Part shown: positions 22,969 to 31,548 of the stretch, piece after piece
Numbering within the stretch: position 1 is the first letter of the stretch
How the letters are laid out: every line of letters starts with the position of its first letter
Origin: Candidatus Limnocylindrales bacterium
GTDB taxonomy: Bacteria; Chloroflexota; Limnocylindria; Limnocylindrales; CSP1-4
DNA length: 64,000 nt
NCBI GenBank assembly: GCA_035688805.1
Contig: DASSMQ010000006.1
Span: 15,012 to 79,011, forward strand
Reading direction: 5' to 3'
The notes under the pieces: model-generated
Seen by the model: only the letters and a program-made list of their open reading frames with translations
Told to the model about the DNA's origin: nothing
Database searches by the model: none
Translations under genes and position numbers: made by a program

Positions 22969-25900
22969 CTAGCCGAGCCGACGCATGCCGGCATGCCCGA
23001 GCTGTCGGACCCCACCAGGTTGCTCCGGCCCGCCGACCGTGGCGACCACCTCGGGGAGTGGCTTGATGTCGCGAGCGACGAGGTTGACGACCTTGCCTTC
23101 GCGCTGGAGCTCACCATCGACCAGCAGCAGGGCGTGCCGGCGGACCACGCCGCGTAACCGTTCCCAGACGTTCGGCCAGAGGGTCACATTCACCATCCCG
23201 GTCTCGTCCTCGAGCGCCAGGAAGACCGTGCCCTTGGCGGTCATCGGATGCTGCCGGGTGACGACTAGTCCTCCCACCCGGACCCGGCCCGGCCGCCGAT
23301 CGGCCAGTGACGCATTCGGCACCGCCCCGAGTCGATCGAGCGCGGTCCGGAAGAGCCCGACCACCTGCCGGCGGGCATCGACCCCCAGTACCGCATAGGC
23401 GTCACCGACCCGCTCGGACTCGGTGATCGCCGGCAGGTCGGGCGCATCGGTCGCCGGGAGTCGGAGATCCAGCGGCCGGCCCGCTGCCGCGTGCCGCTTG
23501 CCGGCGGCCCGCCCGAGGGCACGGACCGTCCGGCCATCCATCCGACCGCGTGACGCCCCGGCCACCTCGCGCAACTGCCAGAGCAGCTCCCGCCGTGGCC
23601 GGTCCAACGAGTCCATCGCGCCGCTGCGGATGAGTCGCTCGAGCACCTCCTCGGGCAGGCCCGTCCGTTCGACCACGTCGACCAGGTTCCGATACGGGCC
23701 GCGGGCCCGCTCGGCATCGAGCGCTGCCTGGTGCTGCTCCCCGATGCCCTTCACCAGGCCGAGCCCGAGCCGGACCGCCCAGCCGGCGGTCACCGCCGGC
23801 GTCCAGCGCTCCCGCGACGACGCGGAGGGAACGATGCACGCGGAGGAGACGACCGGGTCGGGCTGTGCGTCTGGGCCGATCCACTCGGTCGTCGTCGCGT
23901 AGCACGACGCGTTGACGTCCACGGGCAGCACCGCTACCCCGTGGCGCTTCGTGTCGTTGACCAGGACCTCGACCGGATAGAAGCCCATCGGCTGGGCATT
24001 GATCAGCCCGACCAGGAACTGGGCGGGGTAGAACAGCTTGAGGAAGGCCGACTCGTAGGCGGTCCGGGCGAAGGCCGCCGCGTGCGACTTGGCGAACCCG
24101 AAACTGGCGAACGCGGCGACCTGGCGAAACAGCTCCTCGGCGGTCTCGAGCTCGAGCCCGGGCTGGCGCAGCGCCCCGTCGACGAACCGGTGATGGAGCT
24201 TCTCCATCTCGCGCGATGAACGCCAGGTCCCCATCGCTCGCCGGAAGCCATCCGATTCGGCCGGGCTGAACCCGGCCACCTCGATGGCGATGCGCATGAC
24301 CTGCTCCTGGTAGAGGATCACTCCGAGCGTGTCCTTCAGCACGGGCTCCAGGCTGGGGTGCAGGTAGACGACCGGCTCGAGGCCCTGCTTGCGGCGCAGG
24401 TACGGGTGGACGGCGTTGCCCTGGATCGGCCCGGGTCGGATGATCGCCACCTCGACCACCAGGTCATCGAGCCTGCCCGGCCGCGACTTGGGGAGCGTCT
24501 GCATCTGTGCCCGGCTCTCGACCTGGAAGACGCCCACCGTGTCGGCCGCCTGGAGCATCGCGAAGACCTCGGGCACGTCCTCGGGCAGGCGGTCGAGATC
24601 GAGGCAGACCGCACAGTCATGCTCGATGAGCTGCAGGGTCTCGTCCATCGCGGCGAGCATCCCGAGACCGAGCAGGTCGAGCTTGATGAGCTTGAGCGTC
24701 TCGACGTCGCGCTTGTCGAACTGGACGACCACCCGGTCGGGCATCGTGGCCCGCTCGAGCGGGGCGAGGTCGATGAGGGGGGCGGCCGTGACGAGCATGC
24801 CGCCGCTATGGATGCTGAGGTGACGCGGGAACCCGTCGATCCGGGCGCAGAACTCGAGCCAGCGCTCCCAGTGGGAGAGGCCGACCGTCGAGCCGCCACG
24901 GGCCTGCGGCGGTGGCTCGGGCACGATGCGGGCGACCGAGCTCGCATTCGCTGGGGTCGGCGGGGGATCCCACATGATCGGCCTGCCGAGACGATCGGTC
25001 TTCCGTGGTGGCGGCAGGGTCATGCCGCTCTCCGGATCGACCGGGACGGGTCCCTGGCCCAGCGGGGGTGTGCCATAGCCCGTCCCCCGCCCGGCTCGCA
25101 GCCAGGCCACGCTCGCCGGCGTGTCGCCCGGTCCGCCCTCGTCGTCGGACGGCCCGCGGCGGATCGTCGTGACCGGTGCGAGCGGGTCCTCGCGGAACGC
25201 GGCATCACCACGCTCCGTGGCATTGCCCTCCTCGGTGGTCGATTCCCGGAGCCAGGCGAACGGACGCGGCGCGTCCGGGTCCACCGGGGTCCGCGGCTGC
25301 TTCCACGGTGGCACCTTCCCGATCAGGGGCAGCCGCTTGTTCAACTGGCCCATGCCATCGACCAGCCCGTGCGCCTCCGCCTGTTCGGCCGCGCCGGCCT
25401 CCGGTGGCAGGCCCTCCCCGGATCGTCGGAAGAACTCGGCGAACCCGCCGTCGGCCTCGAGGTCGCGCCGGACCATGACCGAGTCGTACGTCTCGAGCGC
25501 CTTCGCGACCCGATCTACCAGGGGCCGCGGGAAGCCGAGCGCATAGCCCACCTCGCGCACCGCCGAACGCGCCCGGTAGGTGACAAGGTTGCAGACCATC
25601 CCCGTGTGCTCCGGCCCGTAGCGTCGGTAGATGTACTGGATGACCTCCTCGCGCCGAGCCGAGCTGAAGTCGATGTCGACGTCCGGGTACGTCGTCCGAC
25701 CCGGATTGATGAACCGCTCGAACAGGAGGTCGTGGGCGATCGGCTCGACGCGGCTGATCCCGAGGGTGTACGACACGATCGAACTGGTCGCGCTCCCCCG
25801 ACCCTGGGCCGGGATGCCCTGCTCCCTCGCGAAGCGCATCAGGTCCCAGCAGATGAGGAAGAACTCGGCAAGGCCGGCTCGCTCGATGACGTCGAGTTCA

Positions 25901-27072
25901 TGGGCGAGCCGCTTGACCACCGCCGAGGTCAACGGGTGATAGCGCCGCCGTGCGCCGGTCCAGCACAGCTCGGAGAGATGAGAGAACGGTGTCTCACCCT
26001 CAGGGACCGGGAAGCCCGGGAACCGGTACTGCTCGAACCCGAGATCGACCGAGCACGATGCCGCGATCTCGACCGAGTTGGCGATCCCCTCGCGCCAGGC
26101 ACGGGCAGCACTCGACTCGAGCGAGTCGCCGAGCGTTGCCAGCGCCTCGCCCGATTTCAGGAAGGACTCGCCGTCCGGCCGACGCAGATCGGCCAGCGTG
26201 TCGAGCGTCCGGCCGTGTCGGATGGCGGTCAGCACGTCGTGGAACTCGCGGTCGTCGGCCGTCGCGTAATGGACGTCGTTGGTGACCACGACGGGCAGGC
26301 CGAGCTCGATCGCCAGCGCGGCCGATTCGGCGACCAGCCAGTCGTCGTCGGGCAGGAGATGGTGCGACAGCTCGATGAAGAACCCGCTCGTCGACGGGCC
26401 ATCGCCGCGGCCGAAGAGCGTCGCATAGCGCTCGGCGACAGCGCGCGCGCCGGCCCGATCGCCGACCCGCAGGCGTCGCGCGATCTCCCCCTCGCGACAA
26501 GCCGACAGCGCGACCAGGCCATCGTGATCAGCCTCGAGCAGGTCGTGCGTGATGCGCGGCATCGCCTTGGTCCCGGCCAGGTTGGCGTGCGACACCAGGC
26601 GACTCAGGCTGCGCCAGCCGGCAGGGGTCCGGGCGAGGAGCACGAGGTGTGGGCCGCGGGCCCGGTCCCCGACCCCGCGCACATCTTCCTTGACCAGGTC
26701 GCGGTGACCGGGCAGACGGGCGCGATCGGGTCGCGGCCGCACGGGCCGGCCGTCGGTGATCGTCGGCTCGACGGCCGGAGACTCGCCCTGCCGGCGGCGT
26801 GGCCGGCGGCGAGACGGGACCACCACCCGGCCGGGATCGGGCACGGCCGTATCGATCAGGTCGATCTCGGTCCCGACGACGCCAGGGAGGCCAGCCTCCT
26901 CGGCGGCACTCATGAACCGGACGGCGCCGTACAGCCCGTTCCGATCCGTCGCAGCGAGGGCGGTCAGCCCCAGGGCGACGGCCCGCTCGACCAGGTCGTC
27001 CGGCGGCGAGGCGCCATCGAGGAACGAGAAGTTGGTGTGGGCGTGGAGTTCGGCGTATGGGATGGTCGCCAC
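22969..27072 (-). CDS. dnaE2: error-prone DNA polymerase DnaE2 (ImuC) with lineage-specific Pro-rich insertions
   Basis: 1367 aa with a GTG start. The PHP-domain N-terminus is ATIPYAELHAHTNFSFLDGAS and the Pol III alpha core is ...GFPRHLSIHSGGMLVT... There is about 130 aa of extra low-complexity sequence before the GFPRHL motif. Confidence 0.92.
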   Translation of the reverse strand: MATIPYAELHAHTNFSFLDGASPPDDLVERAVALGLTALAATDRNGLYGAVRFMSAAEEAGLPGVVGTEIDLIDTAVPDPGRVVVPSRRRPRRRQGESPAVEPTITDGRPVRPRPDRARLPGHRDLVKEDVRGVGDRARGPHLVLLARTPAGWRSLSRLVSHANLAGTKAMPRITHDLLEADHDGLVALSACREGEIARRLRVGDRAGARAVAERYATLFGRGDGPSTSGFFIELSHHLLPDDDWLVAESAALAIELGLPVVVTNDVHYATADDREFHDVLTAIRHGRTLDTLADLRRPDGESFLKSGEALATLGDSLESSAARAWREGIANSVEIAASCSVDLGFEQYRFPGFPVPEGETPFSHLSELCWTGARRRYHPLTSAVVKRLAHELDVIERAGLAEFFLICWDLMRFAREQGIPAQGRGSATSSIVSYTLGISRVEPIAHDLLFERFINPGRTTYPDVDIDFSSARREEVIQYIYRRYGPEHTGMVCNLVTYRARSAVREVGYALGFPRPLVDRVAKALETYDSVMVRRDLEADGGFAEFFRRSGEGLPPEAGAAEQAEAHGLVDGMGQLNKRLPLIGKVPPWKQPRTPVDPDAPRPFAWLRESTTEEGNATERGDAAFREDPLAPVTTIRRGPSDDEGGPGDTPASVAWLRAGRGTGYGTPPLGQGPVPVDPESGMTLPPPRKTDRLGRPIMWDPPPTPANASSVARIVPEPPPQARGGSTVGLSHWERWLEFCARIDGFPRHLSIHSGGMLVTAAPLIDLAPLERATMPDRVVVQFDKRDVETLKLIKLDLLGLGMLAAMDETLQLIEHDCAVCLDLDRLPEDVPEVFAMLQAADTVGVFQVESRAQMQTLPKSRPGRLDDLVVEVAIIRPGPIQGNAVHPYLRRKQGLEPVVYLHPSLEPVLKDTLGVILYQEQVMRIAIEVAGFSPAESDGFRRAMGTWRSSREMEKLHHRFVDGALRQPGLELETAEELFRQVAAFASFGFAKSHAAAFARTAYESAFLKLFYPAQFLVGLINAQPMGFYPVEVLVNDTKRHGVAVLPVDVNASCYATTTEWIGPDAQPDPVVSSACIVPSASSRERWTPAVTAGWAVRLGLGLVKGIGEQHQAALDAERARGPYRNLVDVVERTGLPEEVLERLIRSGAMDSLDRPRRELLWQLREVAGASRGRMDGRTVRALGRAAGKRHAAAGRPLDLRLPATDAPDLPAITESERVGDAYAVLGVDARRQVVGLFRTALDRLGAVPNASLADRRPGRVRVGGLVVTRQHPMTAKGTVFLALEDETGMVNVTLWPNVWERLRGVVRRHALLLVDGELQREGKVVNLVARDIKPLPEVVATVGGPEQPGGVRQLGHAGMRRLG

Positions 27073-27113
27073 GGCTGCTCCGGTCGGTGGCCGGTCGGAT
27101 CGGGGCGGACAGT

Positions 27114-27131
27114 ATAGAACGCATGTTCTAT
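27114..27131. promoter_or_regulatory. LexA SOS box (Gram-positive Cheo type, GAAC-N4-GTTC) between the divergent dnaE2 and GH18-like genes
   Basis: atAGAACgcatGTTCTat is a perfect palindrome. It lies about 40 to 60 nt upstream of the dnaE2 start and about 56 nt upstream of the GH18-like gene. Confidence 0.75.
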
Positions 27132-27186
27132 CAGGGGAAGCCCACCCATCCGCAGGACCAATGAGGGGCTGGACGACCGCAACTCG

Positions 27187-28725
27187 ATGGGCTTACCTGA
27201 CCGGGTGCGATCGACCCGTCACCGTCGCCATGCCGCCTGGTCTCGCCTCGTCCTCACCCTGACCGCCGCGGTCACGCTCTTGGCCGGGATCGCGGGCCCG
27301 ATCCCCGCTGTCCGGGCCGCGGACATCCGACCGCGGATCACCGGGATCGCGCCCCTGACCCACGAGGTCTACGGGTATCTCCCCTACTGGCGCCTGGATG
27401 CCGGCACGGTCGACCGGCTGCACTACGACCTCGTGTCGACCATCGCGTTCTTCGGCCTCGGGATCCTCGGGACGGGGGCGATCGACACGTCCTGGATCGG
27501 CTATCGGGCGTACATCGGCGACGACGCGGCGGCGGTCACCAATGCCGCCCACGACCACGGGGTTCGGGTCGTTCCCACGTTCCAGCTGTTCGATTCGGCG
27601 ACCGGCGCGCCCAAGATGACGGCGTTCCTCGGCAGTCGGTCGGCGCAGGACCGGTTCATCGGCGAGGCGCTCGACCTCATGGCCGCACGGAGCGCCGACG
27701 GTGCCGGGCTCGACTTCGAACCGGTCGGCGCCCTGGCCGCGCGCGCCTCGGAGTACGTCGCCTTCGTGGCCCGGTTCCGGGGCGCGATGAAGGCCCGCTT
27801 CCCGGGAGCCACGCTGGTGACCGCGACCTCGGCTGGGGCGACCCAGGAGCTCGTCCAGGGTGTCGCCCCATACGTCGATCATCAGATGGTGATGACCTAC
27901 AACTACCGCTCCTCCGGCTCGACGATCGCCGGCGCGGTTGCCCCGCTCGATCACGCGACGAGGAACGTCAAGAAGCACATCACCCGGATGCTGGGCTGGG
28001 TGCCGGCACGCTCCTTGCTGCTCGGCGAGCCCTATTACGGATACGACTGGCCGGTCACCAGCGCCATCCCGAACGCGACGGTCCAGTCGGACAAGTCGAC
28101 CTATGGCCCCGTCCGGAGCGTCACCTACGCCAGTGCCCGCGATTTCCTGGCCGCGCACCCGAGTGTCGTCCGGCGCTACGACTCTCTCGAGGGGAGCGCC
28201 TTCTACTGGTACTACGACAGCACGAAGCGGACCTACCGCGAAGCCTATTTCGACGATGAGCGGAGCCTCGCCGCGAAGGACGACTACGCGATCGCCACCG
28301 GCCTTGGCGGGATCGGCATCTGGACGCTCGACAACGACCGCGGCTACCGGCAGCTGTGGGACGTCCTCCGTTCGAAGTTCTACGCCCCGGTCCTGAGCAT
28401 GTCGGTCCGGGCGTCGGTCAGCGACCTGACCCGGGTATCCGGGGTCGTGTCCGTGGTCGTCCATGCCGGAGCCACGAATACGGGGACCGTGCCGCTGACC
28501 GGATCGCTGCGCTGGGCGATCCGCGACCCAGGTGGCCGAGTCGTGGCCAGCGGTCATTGGCCGACCACCGTCGTCTACCCTGGCCGGAGCACGAGTCACG
28601 CCGTCCGTGCCGCCCTCGGGCTGGCCACCTCCCTGCCAGCCGGCACCTACCACCTTCGGGTGCGGTTCGTGACGTCGACGAAGGCCTACGGGCCGCCGGA
28701 CGTGGCCTTCCGCCAGCCGTACTGA
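27187..28725 (+). CDS. secreted glycoside hydrolase family 18-like protein (chitinase-like; the catalytic motif is degenerate, DGAGLDFE)
   Basis: 512 aa with signal peptide ...LTAAVTLLAGIAGPIPAVRAA. It has a GH18 (beta/alpha)8 barrel with a DxxxxDxE motif, then a C-terminal beta-rich domain. Confidence 0.75.
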   Translation: MGLPDRVRSTRHRRHAAWSRLVLTLTAAVTLLAGIAGPIPAVRAADIRPRITGIAPLTHEVYGYLPYWRLDAGTVDRLHYDLVSTIAFFGLGILGTGAIDTSWIGYRAYIGDDAAAVTNAAHDHGVRVVPTFQLFDSATGAPKMTAFLGSRSAQDRFIGEALDLMAARSADGAGLDFEPVGALAARASEYVAFVARFRGAMKARFPGATLVTATSAGATQELVQGVAPYVDHQMVMTYNYRSSGSTIAGAVAPLDHATRNVKKHITRMLGWVPARSLLLGEPYYGYDWPVTSAIPNATVQSDKSTYGPVRSVTYASARDFLAAHPSVVRRYDSLEGSAFYWYYDSTKRTYREAYFDDERSLAAKDDYAIATGLGGIGIWTLDNDRGYRQLWDVLRSKFYAPVLSMSVRASVSDLTRVSGVVSVVVHAGATNTGTVPLTGSLRWAIRDPGGRVVASGHWPTTVVYPGRSTSHAVRAALGLATSLPAGTYHLRVRFVTSTKAYGPPDVAFRQPY

Positions 28726-28800
28726 CGGGCCCTCCCACGACGGGACCATCGATCCCGCCCACCCGTGCAACAACTCGCCGCGCTCCGGCGTCTCTTGGCC

Positions 28801-28944
28801 ATGCACGCTCCCAGCCACCTCGATCGCCCGCTTCGACCGGCCGCTGCGGCCGCGTTCCGGACGGCCCTCGCGGTGGTGGTGGCGTCGCTGCTGATCCTCG
28901 TCGTCCTCCCCGCGATGCTCGCGGTCCAGGCGACGACGATCTAG
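28801..28944 (+). CDS. candidate 47-aa single-TM peptide
   Basis: It is an ATG..TAG ORF encoding MHAPSHLDRPLRPAAAAAFRTALAVVVASLLILVVLPAMLAVQATTI. The ORF track misses it, and there is no clear RBS. Confidence 0.3.
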   Translation: MHAPSHLDRPLRPAAAAAFRTALAVVVASLLILVVLPAMLAVQATTI

Positions 28945-29050
28945 CACCAACCGACGTCTCGGCGCCTGGGGGCTCGGGACGATCGTCGGCGATCGACTGC
29001 GATAGCCGATCCGCCGACCTGCCGGATCGCTGGTGAGCGAGGATCCGGCC

Positions 29051-29083
29051 ACAGGACCCCGTCGCTGGGGGCGACGGGGTCCT
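29051..29083 (+). terminator. strong hairpin (14-bp perfect GC-rich stem) downstream of the GH18-like gene and peptide 1
   Basis: caggaccccgtcgc-tgggg-gcgacggggtcctg. Confidence 0.5.
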
Positions 29084-29130
29084 GTCACGTCCGGGGGCCG
29101 ATCGGCCCGCAGCCCGTAGACTCATCCGAC

Positions 29131-29670
29131 ATGACATCGCGAACCCGCCGCCTCCTGATGACGATCGTGACGATGGCACTTCTGGGCGGGTGTGGCGGCA
29201 CGTCGCCCGGCAGCCCCGGACCGTCGACTGCCGCGACGGCGACCGCGGCCGCTTCGACGCCGGCCGGGGGACCGAGCACCAGCGCATCGGCCGAACCGAC
29301 CGCCACGACCCCGCGTGCCGGTCCCGCGGTGGGTCAGACCGACACCGACTGGGGCCGGATCTGGGACGCCGTCCCGACCGATTTCCCGCGGTTCCCAGGA
29401 TCGAAGGTCGCCGATGACACGGGCGAGGCGCCGGTCAGCGCCCGGTTCGCGGTCGACGGCGGCGATCCCAAGGCGATGGCCGCCTGGATGCAGTCGGCGA
29501 TGGAGACGGCCGCGTACAGTACGGAGGGCCTCAACGGGCCCCTCGAGGATGGCAGCATGGTCCTCGAATCGGTCGGGGATGGCGGCTGTCGCATCCAGAC
29601 GACGATCGCCCCGCTCGGCGGGACGGTCTTCGTGACGATCCGGTACGGCGCCGCCTGCCCGCTGCACTGA
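29131..29670 (+). CDS. lipoprotein (lipobox LLGGC) with a low-complexity Ala/Thr/Pro linker
   Basis: 179 aa starting MTSRTRRLLMTIVTMALLGGCGG. Confidence 0.65.
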   Translation: MTSRTRRLLMTIVTMALLGGCGGTSPGSPGPSTAATATAAASTPAGGPSTSASAEPTATTPRAGPAVGQTDTDWGRIWDAVPTDFPRFPGSKVADDTGEAPVSARFAVDGGDPKAMAAWMQSAMETAAYSTEGLNGPLEDGSMVLESVGDGGCRIQTTIAPLGGTVFVTIRYGAACPLH

Positions 29671-29691
29671 CCACAGGAGCATCGATCGCGC

Positions 29692-29799
29692 ATGCAGCCC
29701 CGCTCCACCGACTTCCTTGGTGCCGCGCTCCTGGCCATCGTCCTGATCGGGCTGGTGGTGATCCTGTTCGTCGGCAATATCCCGGCGGCCACCGCCTGA
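29692..29799 (+). CDS. candidate 35-aa single-TM peptide
   Basis: An AGGAGC RBS sits about 14 nt upstream. It encodes MQPRSTDFLGAALLAIVLIGLVVILFVGNIPAATA and is paralogous to the next peptide. Confidence 0.4.
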   Translation: MQPRSTDFLGAALLAIVLIGLVVILFVGNIPAATA

Positions 29800-29904
29800 A
29801 TCCGGTAGCTGCGCGCGGTTCTCGTCGCGCGTTGTGCTCGCCCCGCCGCTATGCTGTGGCTGGATCGACCGGGACTTCGGTCCGGACAGGGGGAACGCCG
29901 CTCC

Positions 29905-30009
29905 ATGCAATCGGCACGACCGCGTGATCTGGGTGTCCTCGTCCTCGCGATGGGGGTCCTGCTCGTTCTGTTCGTGGTGAGCCTGACGCTCGGGTCGCCG
30001 TTGCGCTGA
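29905..30009 (+). CDS. candidate 34-aa single-TM peptide
   Basis: An AGGGGGA RBS lies upstream. It encodes MQSARPRDLGVLVLAMGVLLVLFVVSLTLGSPLR. Confidence 0.4.
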   Translation: MQSARPRDLGVLVLAMGVLLVLFVVSLTLGSPLR

Positions 30010-30028
30010 GTCCGGTCCGGCACGGACG

Positions 30029-30277
30029 TCAGTCGTACAGACGTTCGATATGCCAGGTGCCGGCGATCCGGTCGAGATAGACGAGCGCGAGCCAGCGTTC
30101 GCCCACGACCTTCGCGTACTCGCGGGCGATCGGATCGCGCCACCACGACTCATCGACCCGCCAGCGGTTGCACACCTCGACCGCCTCGCGACGCCCGTTC
30201 CAGCGGATGGCGATGAGCCGTCCATCGCCATCGAGCTCGACGTCGATGCGCGGATGCTCGCGCAGGAGGCGGGTCAT
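30029..30277 (-). CDS. 82-aa conserved hypothetical protein translationally coupled to imuB (an alternative start at 30286 gives MAGMTR..)
   Basis: Its ATG overlaps the imuB TGA (ATGA). It encodes MTRLLREHPRIDVELDGDGRLIAIRWNGRREAVEVCNRWRVDESWWRDPIAREYAKVVGERWLALVYLDRIAGTWHIERLYD. Confidence 0.5.
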   Translation of the reverse strand: MTRLLREHPRIDVELDGDGRLIAIRWNGRREAVEVCNRWRVDESWWRDPIAREYAKVVGERWLALVYLDRIAGTWHIERLYD

Positions 30278-31548
30278 GCCGGCCATCCGTCGCGCCCGTC
30301 GTCGGCGAGCCCGACTGAGCGCCACGCCCAGCGTGCTTCCGCCAGCGGCGCCTCCGGGTCGGTGATGGCGACCCGGCGGATGCGATCCTCCCCGTAGGTC
30401 AGCGCCAGCCTCGCCAGCTGCCACCCGAGTCGGGCCGTCCGGGCGGCCTGGGGCACGAACAACGGCAGTTGTTGGCCCGCCGCCGGGGTCGTGCCGCGCA
30501 GTTCCAGGTCGATCCGCTGGACCGCTGCCGGCGGCGGCTGGCGCTCGAGGCGCGCGAACAGCAGACGCTCGACGGCTTCGGGGTCCGCGGTGGGTTCCGG
30601 GAAGCGCTGCTCGACCTCCATCCGCGGCGACGTACCGACCGGCGCGAACGCAAGGTCCAGTTCCAGCGTCAGCACTGCCCGATCCGCGGCGAGCCCTCGA
30701 CCGGTGAGCTGGGCGGCCAGCGCCGCCACTAGGCGATGGAGGACGAACCGGAGCGGCTCGAGCTCCTCGACCGGGGGTTCGATGGGCAGGGCGAGGGCCA
30801 GGCGCTCGGTCGCGTGGCGAGCCCCGAACGGCTCGGTCTCCTCGCCTCGAGCACGAGCATGGAGCCGCGCGCCCTCCTCGCCGAACCGGGCGATCAGCGC
30901 GGATCGCGGGAGGACCGCCACCGCGCCGATCCGACGCAGTCCGAAGCGGGTCAGGCGTGCCCGGACATCGGGGTCGGTGGTGAGCAGCCCGGACGGACGG
31001 TCGGCCAGGAACGCCGCCTCACCCCCGGGTGGGACGATGATCGGACCGTCCGGGGTGGCGGCCAGCGCCGCGACCGAGGCGGCGAACCGGGTGCCGGCGA
31101 TCCCGGCGCGCGGTGACGGCTCCCCGGGGAGGGCGCCTCGCAGCGCCGCACCGGCCCGCTCGATCAGTCGGGGCTCGGCCCCCCACAGCGGCTCGAGCCC
31201 ATCGATCCCGACCTCGAAGAACCCGAATGAGGCCGCCGATGGGTCGCTGGTCCCGGCCAGGCTCGGGCTGGATCGCCCGAGCGCCTCGAACACGGCCTCG
31301 GCAGCTCCCCGATCCGCATCGGGATCGGGGTCGATGAAGGTCGCCTCAGGGACGAGTCGGTGGGCGCTCCCGAGCGGCATCCCGCGTCGGACGCCGAGCG
31401 CCCGAGCTGTCGGATCGGCGTCGAGGACCGGACCCGGATCCCAGGGTCGCCCGCCCAGCACGAGCGGGCCGGTCGGGAAGGGCTCGGAGCGTCGAGCCCG
31501 GGCCAGGTGGAGCGGCAGGTGCGGCACGAACAGGTGCAGACGTCGCAT
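30274..31548 (-). CDS. imuB: ImuB, the Y-family polymerase-like mutasome subunit
   Basis: ORF 30274..32127 is trimmed to the Met of MRRLHLFVPHLPLHLA, which is the typical ImuB/DinB-like N-terminus. Downstream are the motifs ..LGVRRGMPL.. and ..AIAGTRFAASVAA. Confidence 0.78.
   Translation of the reverse strand: MRRLHLFVPHLPLHLARARRSEPFPTGPLVLGGRPWDPGPVLDADPTARALGVRRGMPLGSAHRLVPEATFIDPDPDADRGAAEAVFEALGRSSPSLAGTSDPSAASFGFFEVGIDGLEPLWGAEPRLIERAGAALRGALPGEPSPRAGIAGTRFAASVAALAATPDGPIIVPPGGEAAFLADRPSGLLTTDPDVRARLTRFGLRRIGAVAVLPRSALIARFGEEGARLHARARGEETEPFGARHATERLALALPIEPPVEELEPLRFVLHRLVAALAAQLTGRGLAADRAVLTLELDLAFAPVGTSPRMEVEQRFPEPTADPEAVERLLFARLERQPPPAAVQRIDLELRGTTPAAGQQLPLFVPQAARTARLGWQLARLALTYGEDRIRRVAITDPEAPLAEARWAWRSVGLADDGRDGWPA

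Noticed and set aside
22933-23157. Small ORFs in the convergent membrane-protein / dnaE2 junction
   Set aside because: They are under 75 aa, overlap the dnaE2 3' end and have no RBS.
24880-25450. Intein inside DnaE2
   Set aside because: The inserted sequence lacks the Cys/Ser-1, block B (TxxH) and terminal HN splicing motifs. It is a proline-rich disordered insertion.
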